From a bacterium (GTDB taxonomy: Bacteria > DUMJ01): a stretch of 11,555 nt of DNA. Shown one piece after another: positions 1-10,757 of this stretch (positions are counted from its first letter, which is position 1; each line of letters opens with the position of its first letter). The DNA is taken from the NCBI GenBank assembly GCA_049970495.1, contig JBMFMV010000060.1, positions 1 to 11,555 of the forward strand, given 5' to 3'. The position numbers were made by a program, and so were the translations under genes. The notes beneath the pieces were generated by a model that had not been told where the DNA came from, searched no databases, and saw only the letters and a list, made by a program, of their open reading frames with translations.

Positions 1-1
1 A

Positions 2-758
2 CCCGGCAATATTCAAGAGGCGTTTATAGAGTTACAGGGTATTATCTGTTCTAGAAAGGAAGCAAGGAAAGACCTGATATATACAGATAGAATGAATGTT
101 GCTAATAGAATTACTTTACTTTGGAAGATGATATTTAAGTCCTCTCTTAGTATGCAGATAAAAAAGTATAAAGATGCTTATCGATTCTTCATAAAATTAG
201 AAGGGGAATATCTTAAACTCTTAGAATGGAATGGTGAGATGCCAAATCTTTTCTTAAGAGGAGTATTCTTATCTTGTGGTTTTATTGTAGATCCTGAAAA
301 GGATTATAGGATAGAGTTAATTCCTATTGATAAAAATTTTACTCAAGAGATAACTAAAGCTTTGGGCTCTCTAGGGATAAAGCATACTATATATATGAAA
401 AAGGTATCTATAATTGGATTCTCAAACATCGAAAGGTTTTTGAACCTAATAGGAATACAGCAAGGACTTTTAAGACTTGAAGAGATAAGGACCTTAAAAT
501 TGATTAGAGAAGATACTAACAGGAGAATAAATTTCCAAGAATCTAATATAGAAAGGGCATTGCGTTCTGCAGAGAGGGATATAGAAACGATAAAACTATT
601 AATACTCAATAATAAATTGCCAGAGAGATACAGGAAAGTAGCAGAGTTAAGGTTAAAGTATCCTCAAGCAACCCTAAAAGAATTAGCTCAGTTATCTAAA
701 CCACCAGTAAGTAAGAGTACTATAGCTTATTATATGAGGAAACTAGAAGAATTAGTAG

Positions 759-784
<26 letters not shown>
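2..784 (+). CDS. whiA: DNA-binding protein WhiA (LAGLIDADG-like domain + C-terminal HTH), 5'-truncated
   Basis: The frame is open from position 2 (PGNIQEAFIELQGIICSRKEARKDLIYTDR-M92), so the true start is probably upstream of the window. WhiA motifs: FLRGVFLSCGFIVDPEKDYRIE, IREDTNRRINFQESNIERAL, and HTH LRLKYPQATLKELAQLSKPPVSKSTIAYYMRKL. Confidence 0.9.
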
Positions 785-2704
<1,920 letters not shown>

Positions 2705-2716
2705 GGAGAGCTTAGT

Positions 2717-3916
2717 ATGGATAAACTTACAATTAGAGATATTGATTTAAAAGGGAAAAGGGTTCTTACTAGAGTAGATTTTAATGTTCCTTTAGCTGAT
2801 GGAAAGGTCGCAGATGATACAAGGATAAGAGCTGCTCTTCCGACGATAAACTATATGAGAGAAAGGGGGGCTAAGGTTATACTTGTTACTCATCTTGGAA
2901 GACCTAAGGGAGTTACTGAGAGTTTAAGATTAGATCCTGTAGCTGTTAGACTTAGTGAATTAGGGATTCCGGTGAAGAAACTAAATGATTGTATAGGTGA
3001 GGAAGTAAAAAGGACAGTAGCAGAGATGAAAGAGGGAGATGTAATCCTACTGGAAAATATAAGATTTTATCCTGAGGAAGAGAAAAATGACCCTAAGTTT
3101 GCTCAGGAGCTAGCAAGCCTTGCTGATATATATGTAAATGATGCCTTTGGAACTGCACATAGAGCTCATGCATCTACAGAAGGAGTAGCTAGACTTTTGC
3201 CTGCGGTAGCTGGCTTCCTTATGGAGAAAGAGATAAAATTCTTCTCCAAAGTTTTGGAATCTCCTGAGAGACCATTTGTAGCGGTATTAGGAGGGGCAAA
3301 GGTTTCAGATAAGATTGGAGTTATAAAAAATCTTTTAGAGAAGGTAGACATACTTCTAATAGGTGGAGGTATGACCTATACATTCTTAAAGGCTTTAGGT
3401 TACGAAGTAGGTCAATCGATCTGTGAAGTAGATAAACTTTCTCTAGCTAAAGAGTTATTGAACTTGGCTAGGGAAAAGAAGGTAGAATTAGTATTGCCTG
3501 TTGATGTAGTTATAGCCGATAAATTTGCTCCAGATGCCAATACTAGAGTAGTACCAGTATCTCAGATTCCAAGCGATTGGCAGGGGTTAGATATAGGTCC
3601 TCAGACGATAGAAATATTTTCTCAAAAAATCTCTCAGGCAAAGACTATAGTATGGAATGGACCATTGGGGGTGTTTGAAATGCCTGCCTTTAGTGTAGGA
3701 ACAAAAGCCGTAGGGATAGCTATAGCGAACACTGATGCGTTAAAGGTAGTTGGTGGTGGTGAGACGGCTGAAGCGGTGGAGAAATTTGGACTTGCAGATA
3801 AAATGACTCATGTATCTACAGGTGGAGGAGCGAGTTTAGAATTCTTAGAGGGTAAAGTCCTTCCTGGAGTAGCTGCTCTAGATGATAGTGAAAGTATTAA
3901 GAGGAAACTCAAATGA
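2717..3916 (+). CDS. pgk: Phosphoglycerate kinase
   Basis: [73 protein letters not shown] upstream. Confidence 0.98.
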   Translation: MDKLTIRDIDLKGKRVLTRVDFNVPLADGKVADDTRIRAALPTINYMRERGAKVILVTHLGRPKGVTESLRLDPVAVRLSELGIPVKKLNDCIGEEVKRTVAEMKEGDVILLENIRFYPEEEKNDPKFAQELASLADIYVNDAFGTAHRAHASTEGVARLLPAVAGFLMEKEIKFFSKVLESPERPFVAVLGGAKVSDKIGVIKNLLEKVDILLIGGGMTYTFLKALGYEVGQSICEVDKLSLAKELLNLAREKKVELVLPVDVVIADKFAPDANTRVVPVSQIPSDWQGLDIGPQTIEIFSQKISQAKTIVWNGPLGVFEMPAFSVGTKAVGIAIANTDALKVVGGGETAEAVEKFGLADKMTHVSTGGGASLEFLEGKVLPGVAALDDSESIKRKLK

Positions 3917-4662
3917 GAAGGAGACTTATCGCTGGTAACTGGAAGATGAATGGTACTGTACCAGAGGCTATATCTCTGGTACAGCGCCTTAAATTATTAG
4001 TATCGGATGTGCAGGATAGAGACATAGCTATATGTCCACCATTTACACTCTTAGATACGGTCTCAAAGATGATTGTTGATACGAGAATTTATCTTGGGGC
4101 TCAGGATATGTTTTGGGAAGAGAAGGGGGCTTTTACTGGAGAAATTTCTCCTTTAATGCTGAAAGAGTTTGACTGTACCTTTGTTATTTTGGGACACTCT
4201 GAAAGACGATGGATTATAGGAGAAACTAACGAATTCATAGCTAAAAAGGTGGAGTCTGCTATTAGAAATGGCCTTATCCCTATACTATGTGTTGGAGAGA
4301 GATTGGAAGATAGAGAGGCGGATAAGACGAAAGATGTAGTTATTTCTCAGCTTGAAGGGAGCTTAGCTTTAGTTAAGGACCCTGAGTCTTTAGTTATTGC
4401 TTATGAGCCTGTATGGGCTATTGGAACCGGGAAACCAGCATATCCTAAGGATGCGGTAGAAGTTATCTCTATGATAAGGGAATGGTACAGTACAAAATTT
4501 GGAAAGGATAGAGCTGAAAAGGTGCGAATACTCTATGGTGGTAGTGTGACTCCTTCTAACATAGATAGTTTTATGAAAGAACAGGAGATAGATGGAGCTC
4601 TTGTTGGAGGAGCAAGTTTAAATCCGGATAGTTTCGCTAGGATAGTTAAGTATCTTTTATAG
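3913..4662 (+). CDS. tpiA: Triosephosphate isomerase
   Basis: [51 protein letters not shown] overlap with the pgk stop codon. Confidence 0.98.
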   Translation: MRRRLIAGNWKMNGTVPEAISLVQRLKLLVSDVQDRDIAICPPFTLLDTVSKMIVDTRIYLGAQDMFWEEKGAFTGEISPLMLKEFDCTFVILGHSERRWIIGETNEFIAKKVESAIRNGLIPILCVGERLEDREADKTKDVVISQLEGSLALVKDPESLVIAYEPVWAIGTGKPAYPKDAVEVISMIREWYSTKFGKDRAEKVRILYGGSVTPSNIDSFMKEQEIDGALVGGASLNPDSFARIVKYLL

Positions 4663-4676
4663 GATATGGAGGTAGT

Positions 4677-4895
4677 ATGGAGAATACATTGATGATTATT
4701 CAGATACTTATAGCTCTAGGATTAAGTGTAATTATATTGTTTGAACCTCCTAGAGGAGAAGGATTAGGGGCAATTGGTGGAAGCGCTAGACTTTTCCATG
4801 TTGGAAAAGAAAAGGAGAAGAAACTCGATAAGATTATAGCAGTAATCGGCGGCGTATTCTTTGTATTAGCTGGAATTTTAGCTTGGGCTTTATAG
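4677..4895 (+). CDS. secG: Preprotein translocase subunit SecG
   Basis: 72 aa with two hydrophobic segments flanking a Gly-rich loop (RGEGLGAIGGSARLF) and LDK before the second segment. Conventional position after tpiA. GGAGGT at 4668-4673. Confidence 0.88.
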   Translation: MENTLMIIQILIALGLSVIILFEPPRGEGLGAIGGSARLFHVGKEKEKKLDKIIAVIGGVFFVLAGILAWAL

Positions 4896-4910
4896 AATAA
4901 TTAACTTAAG

Positions 4911-4956
4911 AAGGATAGTTTTTTATCCTAAGTAAATCGGACAAAAAGTTATCCTT
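4911..4956. terminator. Imperfect 18-bp hairpin between convergent genes; possible bidirectional terminator or processing structure
   Basis: AAGGATAGTTTTTTATCC (4911-4928) pairs with GGACAAAAAGTTATCCTT (4939-4956). On + RNA this gives 15 Watson-Crick pairs, 2 G-U pairs, 1 mismatch and a 10-nt loop. No clean adjacent U-tract. Confidence 0.5.
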
Positions 4957-5021
4957 AGATCGTTCTTTATCAATACGGTCTTTTTGTCATTGTTAGCATT
5001 GGCAGAAGAGTCTTCTAATAT

Positions 5022-5510
5022 CTATAAGTACTTATCCAGGTCATCAAGTTTAAGATTATTTAAGAATTGACGAAATTCTTCCTCTTCCTGACTGTCCTGT
5101 TGTTGAATATTCTCACTTAATATAAAAGCTTCCTTAGCTACCCTTTCATCGACATATATAGGCGCATTAGTTCTAACAGCTAAGGCTATAGCATCACTTG
5201 GCCTTGAATCTATAAAATAGGTCTTACCATTAAGGATAAGGGTTATAGTAGCATAGTAAACCCCATCCTTAAGGTCTACTATAGAGACATTCTTAATAGT
5301 AACATTTAACTCATTGAGGATATTCACCATAAGGTCATGGGTAAAAGGTCTAGGTGGGACTGTTTGTTGAAGTTGCATAGCTATAGATTGAGCCTCGGCT
5401 AATCCTATCCAAATAGGCAAAAAGTTTTTCTCTTCAAAGTCAGAAAGGATAACTACTGGTGACATAGAGTTTATATCCATTCCTACTGCTTTAATCTTTA
5501 CCTCTATCAT
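5022..5510 (-). CDS. Bifunctional nuclease family protein (BFN/DUF151)
   Basis: LPIWIGLAEAQSIA, PPRPFTHDL, and IDSRPSDAIALAVR, plus an acidic tail EEFRQFLNNL. The start is moved to ATG 5510 because the GTG at 5519 is part of SD GAGGTG, 6 nt upstream of that ATG. Confidence 0.9.
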   Translation of the reverse strand: MIEVKIKAVGMDINSMSPVVILSDFEEKNFLPIWIGLAEAQSIAMQLQQTVPPRPFTHDLMVNILNELNVTIKNVSIVDLKDGVYYATITLILNGKTYFIDSRPSDAIALAVRTNAPIYVDERVAKEAFILSENIQQQDSQEEEEFRQFLNNLKLDDLDKYL

Positions 5511-5540
5511 AAAAATCACCTCTAATCTAATACACTATAG

Positions 5541-5569
5541 ATTATACCATAGCATATTAGAGAATTAAA
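5541..5569 (-). promoter_or_regulatory. Sigma70-type promoter with extended -10 for the DUF151 gene
   Basis: The minus strand reads TTTAAT (5569-5564), 17 nt, TATAAT (5546-5541), with TG-n immediately upstream of the -10 (TGGTATAAT). Confidence 0.7.
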
Positions 5570-5576
5570 CCCTAAT

Positions 5577-6860
5577 TCAAAATCCTATCCATTCCTTTTC
5601 TGCCTCGAACATCTCATCTACCATCTTCTTTATGTCCCTTGGTTCTAAGATGCTTGCTGTTAGTGGATCTAACATAATTGCCTGGAGAGCTTTACGGGGA
5701 TTCTTCTCTAAAGCAGCTATCACTGCTAGTTCCTGAAGATTTATATTGGTTCTATTTAGTGCTGCACACTGCGGGGGCAAGTCCCCAACGAAGCACGGGT
5801 GTATCCCTGTTCTATCTACTAAACAAGGAACTTCTACACAGCAGCCTTCTGGAAGATTTGTTATTAAGTTGTCATTGTTTACATTACCATTTATCCGACT
5901 TGGTACTCCGGTTTCCATGGAATATATAATAGTCGCCGCGTATTCGTCAGAACGGTTTATCTCTATAGGCTTCTCTCCAGATGCTTCTCTCTTTATCATT
6001 TCATAATGAGGTTGCCATCTATCCCTACATATCTCTAGATAGTCCCACCTTTGAGGAATAAGCTCTTTTATCTTCTCCGGATTTCTTCTAAAGTATGGAA
6101 CATATTCTGACATATGATGTGTGGATTCTGTAACAAAATAGTCAAAATATTTCATTATCTCAAATCTTACCGCATCCTTCATATATATTTCTGGGTCTTC
6201 CATAGCCTTCCAAAGTTTAGGATAGAGGTCTTCATCTCCAAGTTTAAATTCCAGGAACCAAGCCATATGATTTATACCTGCTACCCAATACAATACTTTA
6301 GAAGGATCAACTCCGACATAAGCCGCTAATTGACGAGCAGTTCCTTGAACACTATGACACAGCCCAACATTTTTAATCTTAGTAGCTTTATTCATAGCCC
6401 AACAGTTTATAGCCATAGGATTGCTATAATTTATAAATAGAGCATCTGGGCACAGTTCTTCCATATCTTTAGCTATGTCTAGCAATACTGAGATGGTCCT
6501 TAGTCCTCTAAAGACTCCCCCAGGCCCAACAGTATCTCCTACAGTCTGGTCTATCCCGTATTTTCTTGGTATTTCACAATCTACTTCAAACATTTCTAAT
6601 CCGCCAACTTGAATCATATTTATCACATATTTTGCTGAGTCTAGCGCCTCTCTCCTATCTAGCGTAGCAGTCACCTTTGCCTTACAGCCCATTTTCTCTA
6701 CTACTTTCTTAGCTAAGGTATATATAAGCTCTAATCTTTCTCTATTTATATCCATAAGGGCTATCTCACTGTCAGAAAGCTCAGGGTAAGAGAGTATATC
6801 TATCAATAGTCTTTTAGCAAAAACTACACTACCAGCTCCTATAAAAGTAATCTTTGCCAT
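5577..6860 (-). CDS. melA: Glycoside hydrolase family 4, alpha-galactosidase (MelA-like, NAD+/Mn2+-dependent)
   Basis: KITFIGAGSV NAD-binding motif, DTVGPGG, NYSNPMA, GLCHSV (catalytic Cys motif associated with GH4 alpha-galactosidases), GINHMAWF. SD AAGGAGG upstream. Confidence 0.9.
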   Translation of the reverse strand: MAKITFIGAGSVVFAKRLLIDILSYPELSDSEIALMDINRERLELIYTLAKKVVEKMGCKAKVTATLDRREALDSAKYVINMIQVGGLEMFEVDCEIPRKYGIDQTVGDTVGPGGVFRGLRTISVLLDIAKDMEELCPDALFINYSNPMAINCWAMNKATKIKNVGLCHSVQGTARQLAAYVGVDPSKVLYWVAGINHMAWFLEFKLGDEDLYPKLWKAMEDPEIYMKDAVRFEIMKYFDYFVTESTHHMSEYVPYFRRNPEKIKELIPQRWDYLEICRDRWQPHYEMIKREASGEKPIEINRSDEYAATIIYSMETGVPSRINGNVNNDNLITNLPEGCCVEVPCLVDRTGIHPCFVGDLPPQCAALNRTNINLQELAVIAALEKNPRKALQAIMLDPLTASILEPRDIKKMVDEMFEAEKEWIGF

Positions 6861-7932
6861 AACTTAAAAACCTCCTTACTCTCTGTATAAACTCTCTTGC
6901 AGTAGATTCATTATCTACCCAGGTAGAAATAAGCACCATTCCCTTATTAGGTATTTCCTCTAATATCTTGGGTATATTGTTTATATCATCAAAGGATTGA
7001 AGCACAAGGAGTTTATTATGTTTTGTTATCTTTTTGTACATATCAAACCATTTAGGAGAGTCACATTGAGGATTTCCTGCACCAGGAACCCATTGGATAC
7101 CACTTAATTCAGGTATATCCAATAGTATATCTAAATGCGGAATTTCTCCTGGTCCATCTAAATGATAGATGCTATAGTCTAACCATTTACACTGCTTTTC
7201 AAGGTTTAGTGCCACAAACCTTTCAAACATCTTGGGCGATATCATATAGGAGAAATCACACTGTAATGGATACCATCTCTTATGACACCATATCCCCATC
7301 CACGCAGAAGTTCCCTCCTGATTTTCACTAGTTATATCGTATAATTCCTGATAAACCTTAAACCAAGCCTCTAAAATTTTATCAATCATGGAGAGAACTT
7401 TATCAGGTTCTTCTATGAGATCTATCAGAAGATTTTGAGCTCCTCTAAAGGAGGCAAGTATATCTAATACCCCTCCAATATCAGTAGTACCAACTATAAA
7501 CTTTTCTTTTCCTCTTTCTATAGAGAGTCTTGTAATATATTTTGTGTATTGCCACCACTCATTATCCTCTTTGAACTCTAATTTTTCCACTTTCTCCCAA
7601 GGAAGCGGATTTTCAAACCAAGCAGTATTTGTATCGCTATCAAACCTTAAAAACCCTGTAAAGTATGAAGCCAAAGAGCCAGGTCCTAGATTCATCCATA
7701 GGTTAGGGAATGATTCTCCACCAAAGTATGTATCTTTGCACCTATTCTCAAAAATATCTATGGCCTTTTCTGGACAACACTTATATCTTAGAAAACCCCA
7801 ACCGTCATATCCCTTATATCCCCTTACTCCACCCTTAGGACTTACTACCTGTAATAGAGGAAAATCCAATTCTTTATTCCACCATAATTTATATATTTCT
7901 TTCACTCTGTCCCAATCTTCCCTGTATAGCAT
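6829..7932 (-). CDS. UroD/MtaA (uroporphyrinogen decarboxylase / cobalamin-dependent methyltransferase) fold protein, function unknown
   Basis: NLGPG, DILASFRGAQNLLIDLIEEPDKV, QCDFSYMISPKMFERFV, YHLDGPG, IQWVPGAG. SD GGAGG (7943-7939) lies in the end of the GH42 gene. It overlaps the melA start by 32 nt. Confidence 0.72.
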   Translation of the reverse strand: MLYREDWDRVKEIYKLWWNKELDFPLLQVVSPKGGVRGYKGYDGWGFLRYKCCPEKAIDIFENRCKDTYFGGESFPNLWMNLGPGSLASYFTGFLRFDSDTNTAWFENPLPWEKVEKLEFKEDNEWWQYTKYITRLSIERGKEKFIVGTTDIGGVLDILASFRGAQNLLIDLIEEPDKVLSMIDKILEAWFKVYQELYDITSENQEGTSAWMGIWCHKRWYPLQCDFSYMISPKMFERFVALNLEKQCKWLDYSIYHLDGPGEIPHLDILLDIPELSGIQWVPGAGNPQCDSPKWFDMYKKITKHNKLLVLQSFDDINNIPKILEEIPNKGMVLISTWVDNESTAREFIQRVRRFLSYGKDYFYRSW

Positions 7933-7933
7933 C

Positions 7934-9883
7934 TTAATCCTCCAGTATCATAACACCAAATGGGCTCAATTCTATTTCTCCTTGCACAGATTCTTCAGAT
8001 ATCAAATCAAACATTCTCTTTTTAACATTTATATAGACTATTCTATCCGAGAAGTTATTTATAAATATAAACCTCTTACCGTCTTTCTCCCTTGTGTTCA
8101 CCTCTACTTCTTCTGGGAAAGAGACCTCCTTGAGAGCATATTCTGAGAGGATATCACCTATTAAGGAATCATAGAATTCCTGAGAGAGACCACAGCCTAT
8201 GTAATACGCCTTACCTTTTCCATAATTATTAACTGTAACAGCTGAATATGGGGTATACCAACCACTATTATACTGTGCTATCACTTCTGCTCCTTCTGGG
8301 GTTATTAAGTCTAAAAATGTATCTCCTTTATATGTCTTTCCATCCTTATCTTTTATCTCTACAGCCCTATCTCTTACATTATCCCAGGTATATATACTTA
8401 TTCCAAAGAGGTCTCTTAACTTACCAGGCAAGACTTCCTTTAGTATGTTGCCGTTTTTGTCTTTTATAGCACATCTGAACCCAGTTATAAATATCCCACC
8501 AGTAGAAACATATCTCTTTATATTCTCTGCTATCTCATCGGTCATTATATAGAGTAATGGGGCTATTACTACCTTATATTGGCTGAAGTCATCTGTTGTC
8601 TTTATTATATCAGTATTTATGCCAAGTTTTTTTATCGCCTTGTAAAATCTGAGTATCTCTCCTGGATAGTCATACATAGGCTTCTCTAGATAGGCATAGT
8701 TTACCCATATGTTCTCATAGTCATATATTATAGCTACAGGCGAAACTGTGTTTGCTCCTTCAATTTTAAAACCAATCCTTTTCATCTCATCTTTTATCTG
8801 CACTAGTTCTCTATAACTTATTGACTTATCAGTTCCATCGTGTTGTAATATCCCAGAGTGAAACTGTTCTATACCGAAATTACATGCCCTCCATCTGAAG
8901 TAGACTACTGTTTCTGCTCCATGTGCAAAACAATGATACGTCCACAGCCTCATCTCTCCTGGGGGAAAAGTCCTTGTTATATCCTCTCTTGTTAGGTAAC
9001 TGCACTGCTCTTCCATTACCCAAAAGTTCTTCTTTTTTAATCCCCTCATTACATCATGTGCCAGGGCAGAACGATACCTATTCTCAATCCCTCTAGGGTA
9101 ATTGTCCCATGATACAAAATCATACTCCTTAGCCAATTCATAGTAATCTAATTCGGAGAAAAGCCCCATAAAGTTATGAGTTACAAACTTATTTGAATTC
9201 AGCTCTTTAAGTAACCTTATTTGCATATTACTATATCTGGTAGTCATGTCAGAGAAGAATCGTCTAAAATCAAGGTCAAAAGCTGGATTATGATAATAAA
9301 CAATCGGAAGAGGTATCTGTTCCCAAGAGTTATAGTCATGACTCCAAAAGGCATTTCCCCAAGCCTTGTTCAAGTTATCTAGTGTTTTATATTTATTTTT
9401 TAACCAGAGTTGAAACTCTCTTCTGCAATTATCACAGTAGCACTTCGGACCGCCAAATTCATTATCTACTTGCCATCCTATAACTTGTGGATTGTCTTTA
9501 TAATGTTCAGCCATCTTTTTAATAATTCTTTCAGAATAATAGTAGTAGACCTTATTGGTAATACAATAGTGTCTCCTAGCTCCAAATGACATTCTCTGCC
9601 CATTTCTATTTACTGGTAATATATCGGGATGTTTTTCTATAAGCCAAGCAGGTGGAGCTGCTGTAGGAGTACAGAGAACTACCTTTATATTATGTCTATC
9701 AAGAATAGACATAACCTCGTCAAGCCAAGAGAAATCATAGACCCCATCATCTGGTTCTAATTTACTCCATGCAAATTCTGCTAATCTAACCACCTCTATC
9801 CCTGCTTTTTCCATAAGCTCTGCATCTATATTCCACCTCTCTTTTCCCCAGTGCTCAGGATAATAATCCACACCTAAATACAT
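7934..9883 (-). CDS. Glycoside hydrolase family 42 beta-galactosidase
   Basis: GVDYYPEHW, RLAEFAWSKLEP, TPTAAPPAW, acid/base WQVDNE, Cys cluster HYC...CYCDNC, SWDNYP, nucleophile WVMEEQ, YFRWR, EQFHSG. SD GAGGAGG upstream. Confidence 0.95.
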   Translation of the reverse strand: MYLGVDYYPEHWGKERWNIDAELMEKAGIEVVRLAEFAWSKLEPDDGVYDFSWLDEVMSILDRHNIKVVLCTPTAAPPAWLIEKHPDILPVNRNGQRMSFGARRHYCITNKVYYYYSERIIKKMAEHYKDNPQVIGWQVDNEFGGPKCYCDNCRREFQLWLKNKYKTLDNLNKAWGNAFWSHDYNSWEQIPLPIVYYHNPAFDLDFRRFFSDMTTRYSNMQIRLLKELNSNKFVTHNFMGLFSELDYYELAKEYDFVSWDNYPRGIENRYRSALAHDVMRGLKKKNFWVMEEQCSYLTREDITRTFPPGEMRLWTYHCFAHGAETVVYFRWRACNFGIEQFHSGILQHDGTDKSISYRELVQIKDEMKRIGFKIEGANTVSPVAIIYDYENIWVNYAYLEKPMYDYPGEILRFYKAIKKLGINTDIIKTTDDFSQYKVVIAPLLYIMTDEIAENIKRYVSTGGIFITGFRCAIKDKNGNILKEVLPGKLRDLFGISIYTWDNVRDRAVEIKDKDGKTYKGDTFLDLITPEGAEVIAQYNSGWYTPYSAVTVNNYGKGKAYYIGCGLSQEFYDSLIGDILSEYALKEVSFPEEVEVNTREKDGKRFIFINNFSDRIVYINVKKRMFDLISEESVQGEIELSPFGVMILED

Positions 9884-9900
9884 CCTAAGAAACCTCCTCT

Positions 9901-9929
9901 TTGCATGAAAGTCTTTTTACTATTATAAT
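9901..9929 (+). promoter_or_regulatory. Sigma70-type promoter for the HAD / UroD-like operon
   Basis: TTGCAT (9901-9906), 17 nt, TATAAT (9924-9929), then SD GAGGTG (9938-9943) and ATG 9952. Confidence 0.7.
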
Positions 9930-9950
9930 TATTCTCAGAGGTGATTACAA
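9922..9950 (-). promoter_or_regulatory. Sigma70-type promoter for the GH42 / UroD-like / GH4 operon
   Basis: The minus strand reads TTGTAA (9950-9945), 17 nt, TATAAT (9927-9922). It shares the palindrome ATTATAAT with the plus-strand promoter. Confidence 0.65.
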
Positions 9951-9951
9951 G

Positions 9952-10755
9952 ATGAAGATAAGGCTTGTAGCATTTGATTTTGATGGAACCATCTTAGAGG
10001 AAGGGATGGTTATACCTGAAGTTACTAGAGAAAAGCTTGATATTATAAGAGACCTTGGTATAAAGATATCTACGGCTAGTGGGCGTAAGTTAGAGGATCA
10101 GCTCAAAATATTGGAACTTAACGGTCTTGGAAATAATAGGGGATATCCTCATTCGCTTATAGTTGACGAGTCAAGGATATATCTCTTAGATGGAGAAGAA
10201 TATATCCCTTTAAAATCTTGGAATAATAGGGTCTATGAAGAATGGAAAGAGCTCTATCCTCTAGCTGAAGAAATACTGCTAAAAGAGGTAGAAGAGTTAA
10301 AGAAAAAAGGAGAAGATGTCTCTATCCATATAATAGGAGATATCGCTTTAGTTAGAAATATGGTAGCTATGAGATTCAAAAGTATAGAAAGGGCAAAGGA
10401 GTACGAAAAAGAACTAAGCAAAAAATTAAAAACTATGGAAAGCCCCTTTTGGTGTAATCGTAACTTTAGCCTTGTTCAGATATTACCTCCATCGGTGGGA
10501 AAAGGGAATACAGTTCTAACACTTTCTAGATATTTAGGTATCTTGCCTAACGAAGTTTTAGTAATTGGGGATTCCGGGAATGATATAGATATGGTTGATG
10601 GTAGGTATGGTTTTCAATCTGCTACAGTATCAAATGCAGACCCTGAAATAAAAGAGGTGGTCAAGAGAAATAAAGGGTATATTGCCCAAAATCCTATAAG
10701 TAGTGGTATTATAGAAATCATAGATAAAATTATACTTAAGAAAGGAGAAATATAG
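9952..10755 (+). CDS. HAD-superfamily subclass IIB (Cof-like) phosphatase
   Basis: Motif I AFDFDGT, motif II ASGR, motif III GKG, motif IV IGDSGNDIDM, then NA. The start is moved from TTG 9901 to ATG 9952 on the basis of SD GAGGTG. Confidence 0.9.
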   Translation: MKIRLVAFDFDGTILEEGMVIPEVTREKLDIIRDLGIKISTASGRKLEDQLKILELNGLGNNRGYPHSLIVDESRIYLLDGEEYIPLKSWNNRVYEEWKELYPLAEEILLKEVEELKKKGEDVSIHIIGDIALVRNMVAMRFKSIERAKEYEKELSKKLKTMESPFWCNRNFSLVQILPPSVGKGNTVLTLSRYLGILPNEVLVIGDSGNDIDMVDGRYGFQSATVSNADPEIKEVVKRNKGYIAQNPISSGIIEIIDKIILKKGEI

Positions 10756-10757
10756 TA

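Noticed and set aside
4626..4920. GGATAGTT occurring three times (4626, 4640, 4913)
   Set aside because: The motif is short and irregularly spaced, and two copies are in tpiA coding sequence. It is not CRISPR-like and is compatible with chance.
4969..4998. Minus-strand mini-ORF MLTMTKRPY downstream of the nuclease gene
   Set aside because: Nine codons, no convincing SD, and no downstream gene on that strand for it to attenuate.
4896..5021. tRNA or tmRNA after secG, as found in some bacteria
   Set aside because: No cloverleaf, no T-loop GTTCRA in a stem context and no CCA end could be found.
6829..7932. Calling either UroD-like protein hemE
   Set aside because: Both lack the N-terminal RQAGR porphyrinogen-binding motif of HemE, and the context is carbohydrate catabolism.
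7544..8146. 200-aa plus-strand ORF antisense to the UroD-like and GH42 genes
   Set aside because: It has no SD and no recognisable motifs, and its Ser/Leu/Phe-rich composition is typical of an antisense shadow of two well-supported genes.
5678..8469. Short plus-strand ORFs 5678-5929, 5746-6006, 6114-6329 and 8248-8469
   Set aside because: They are antisense shadows inside melA and the GH42 gene with no supporting signals.
9901..9951. 17-aa N-terminal extension of the HAD ORF from TTG 9901
   Set aside because: That TTG is the predicted -35 box. The SD and the position of HAD motif I support ATG 9952.
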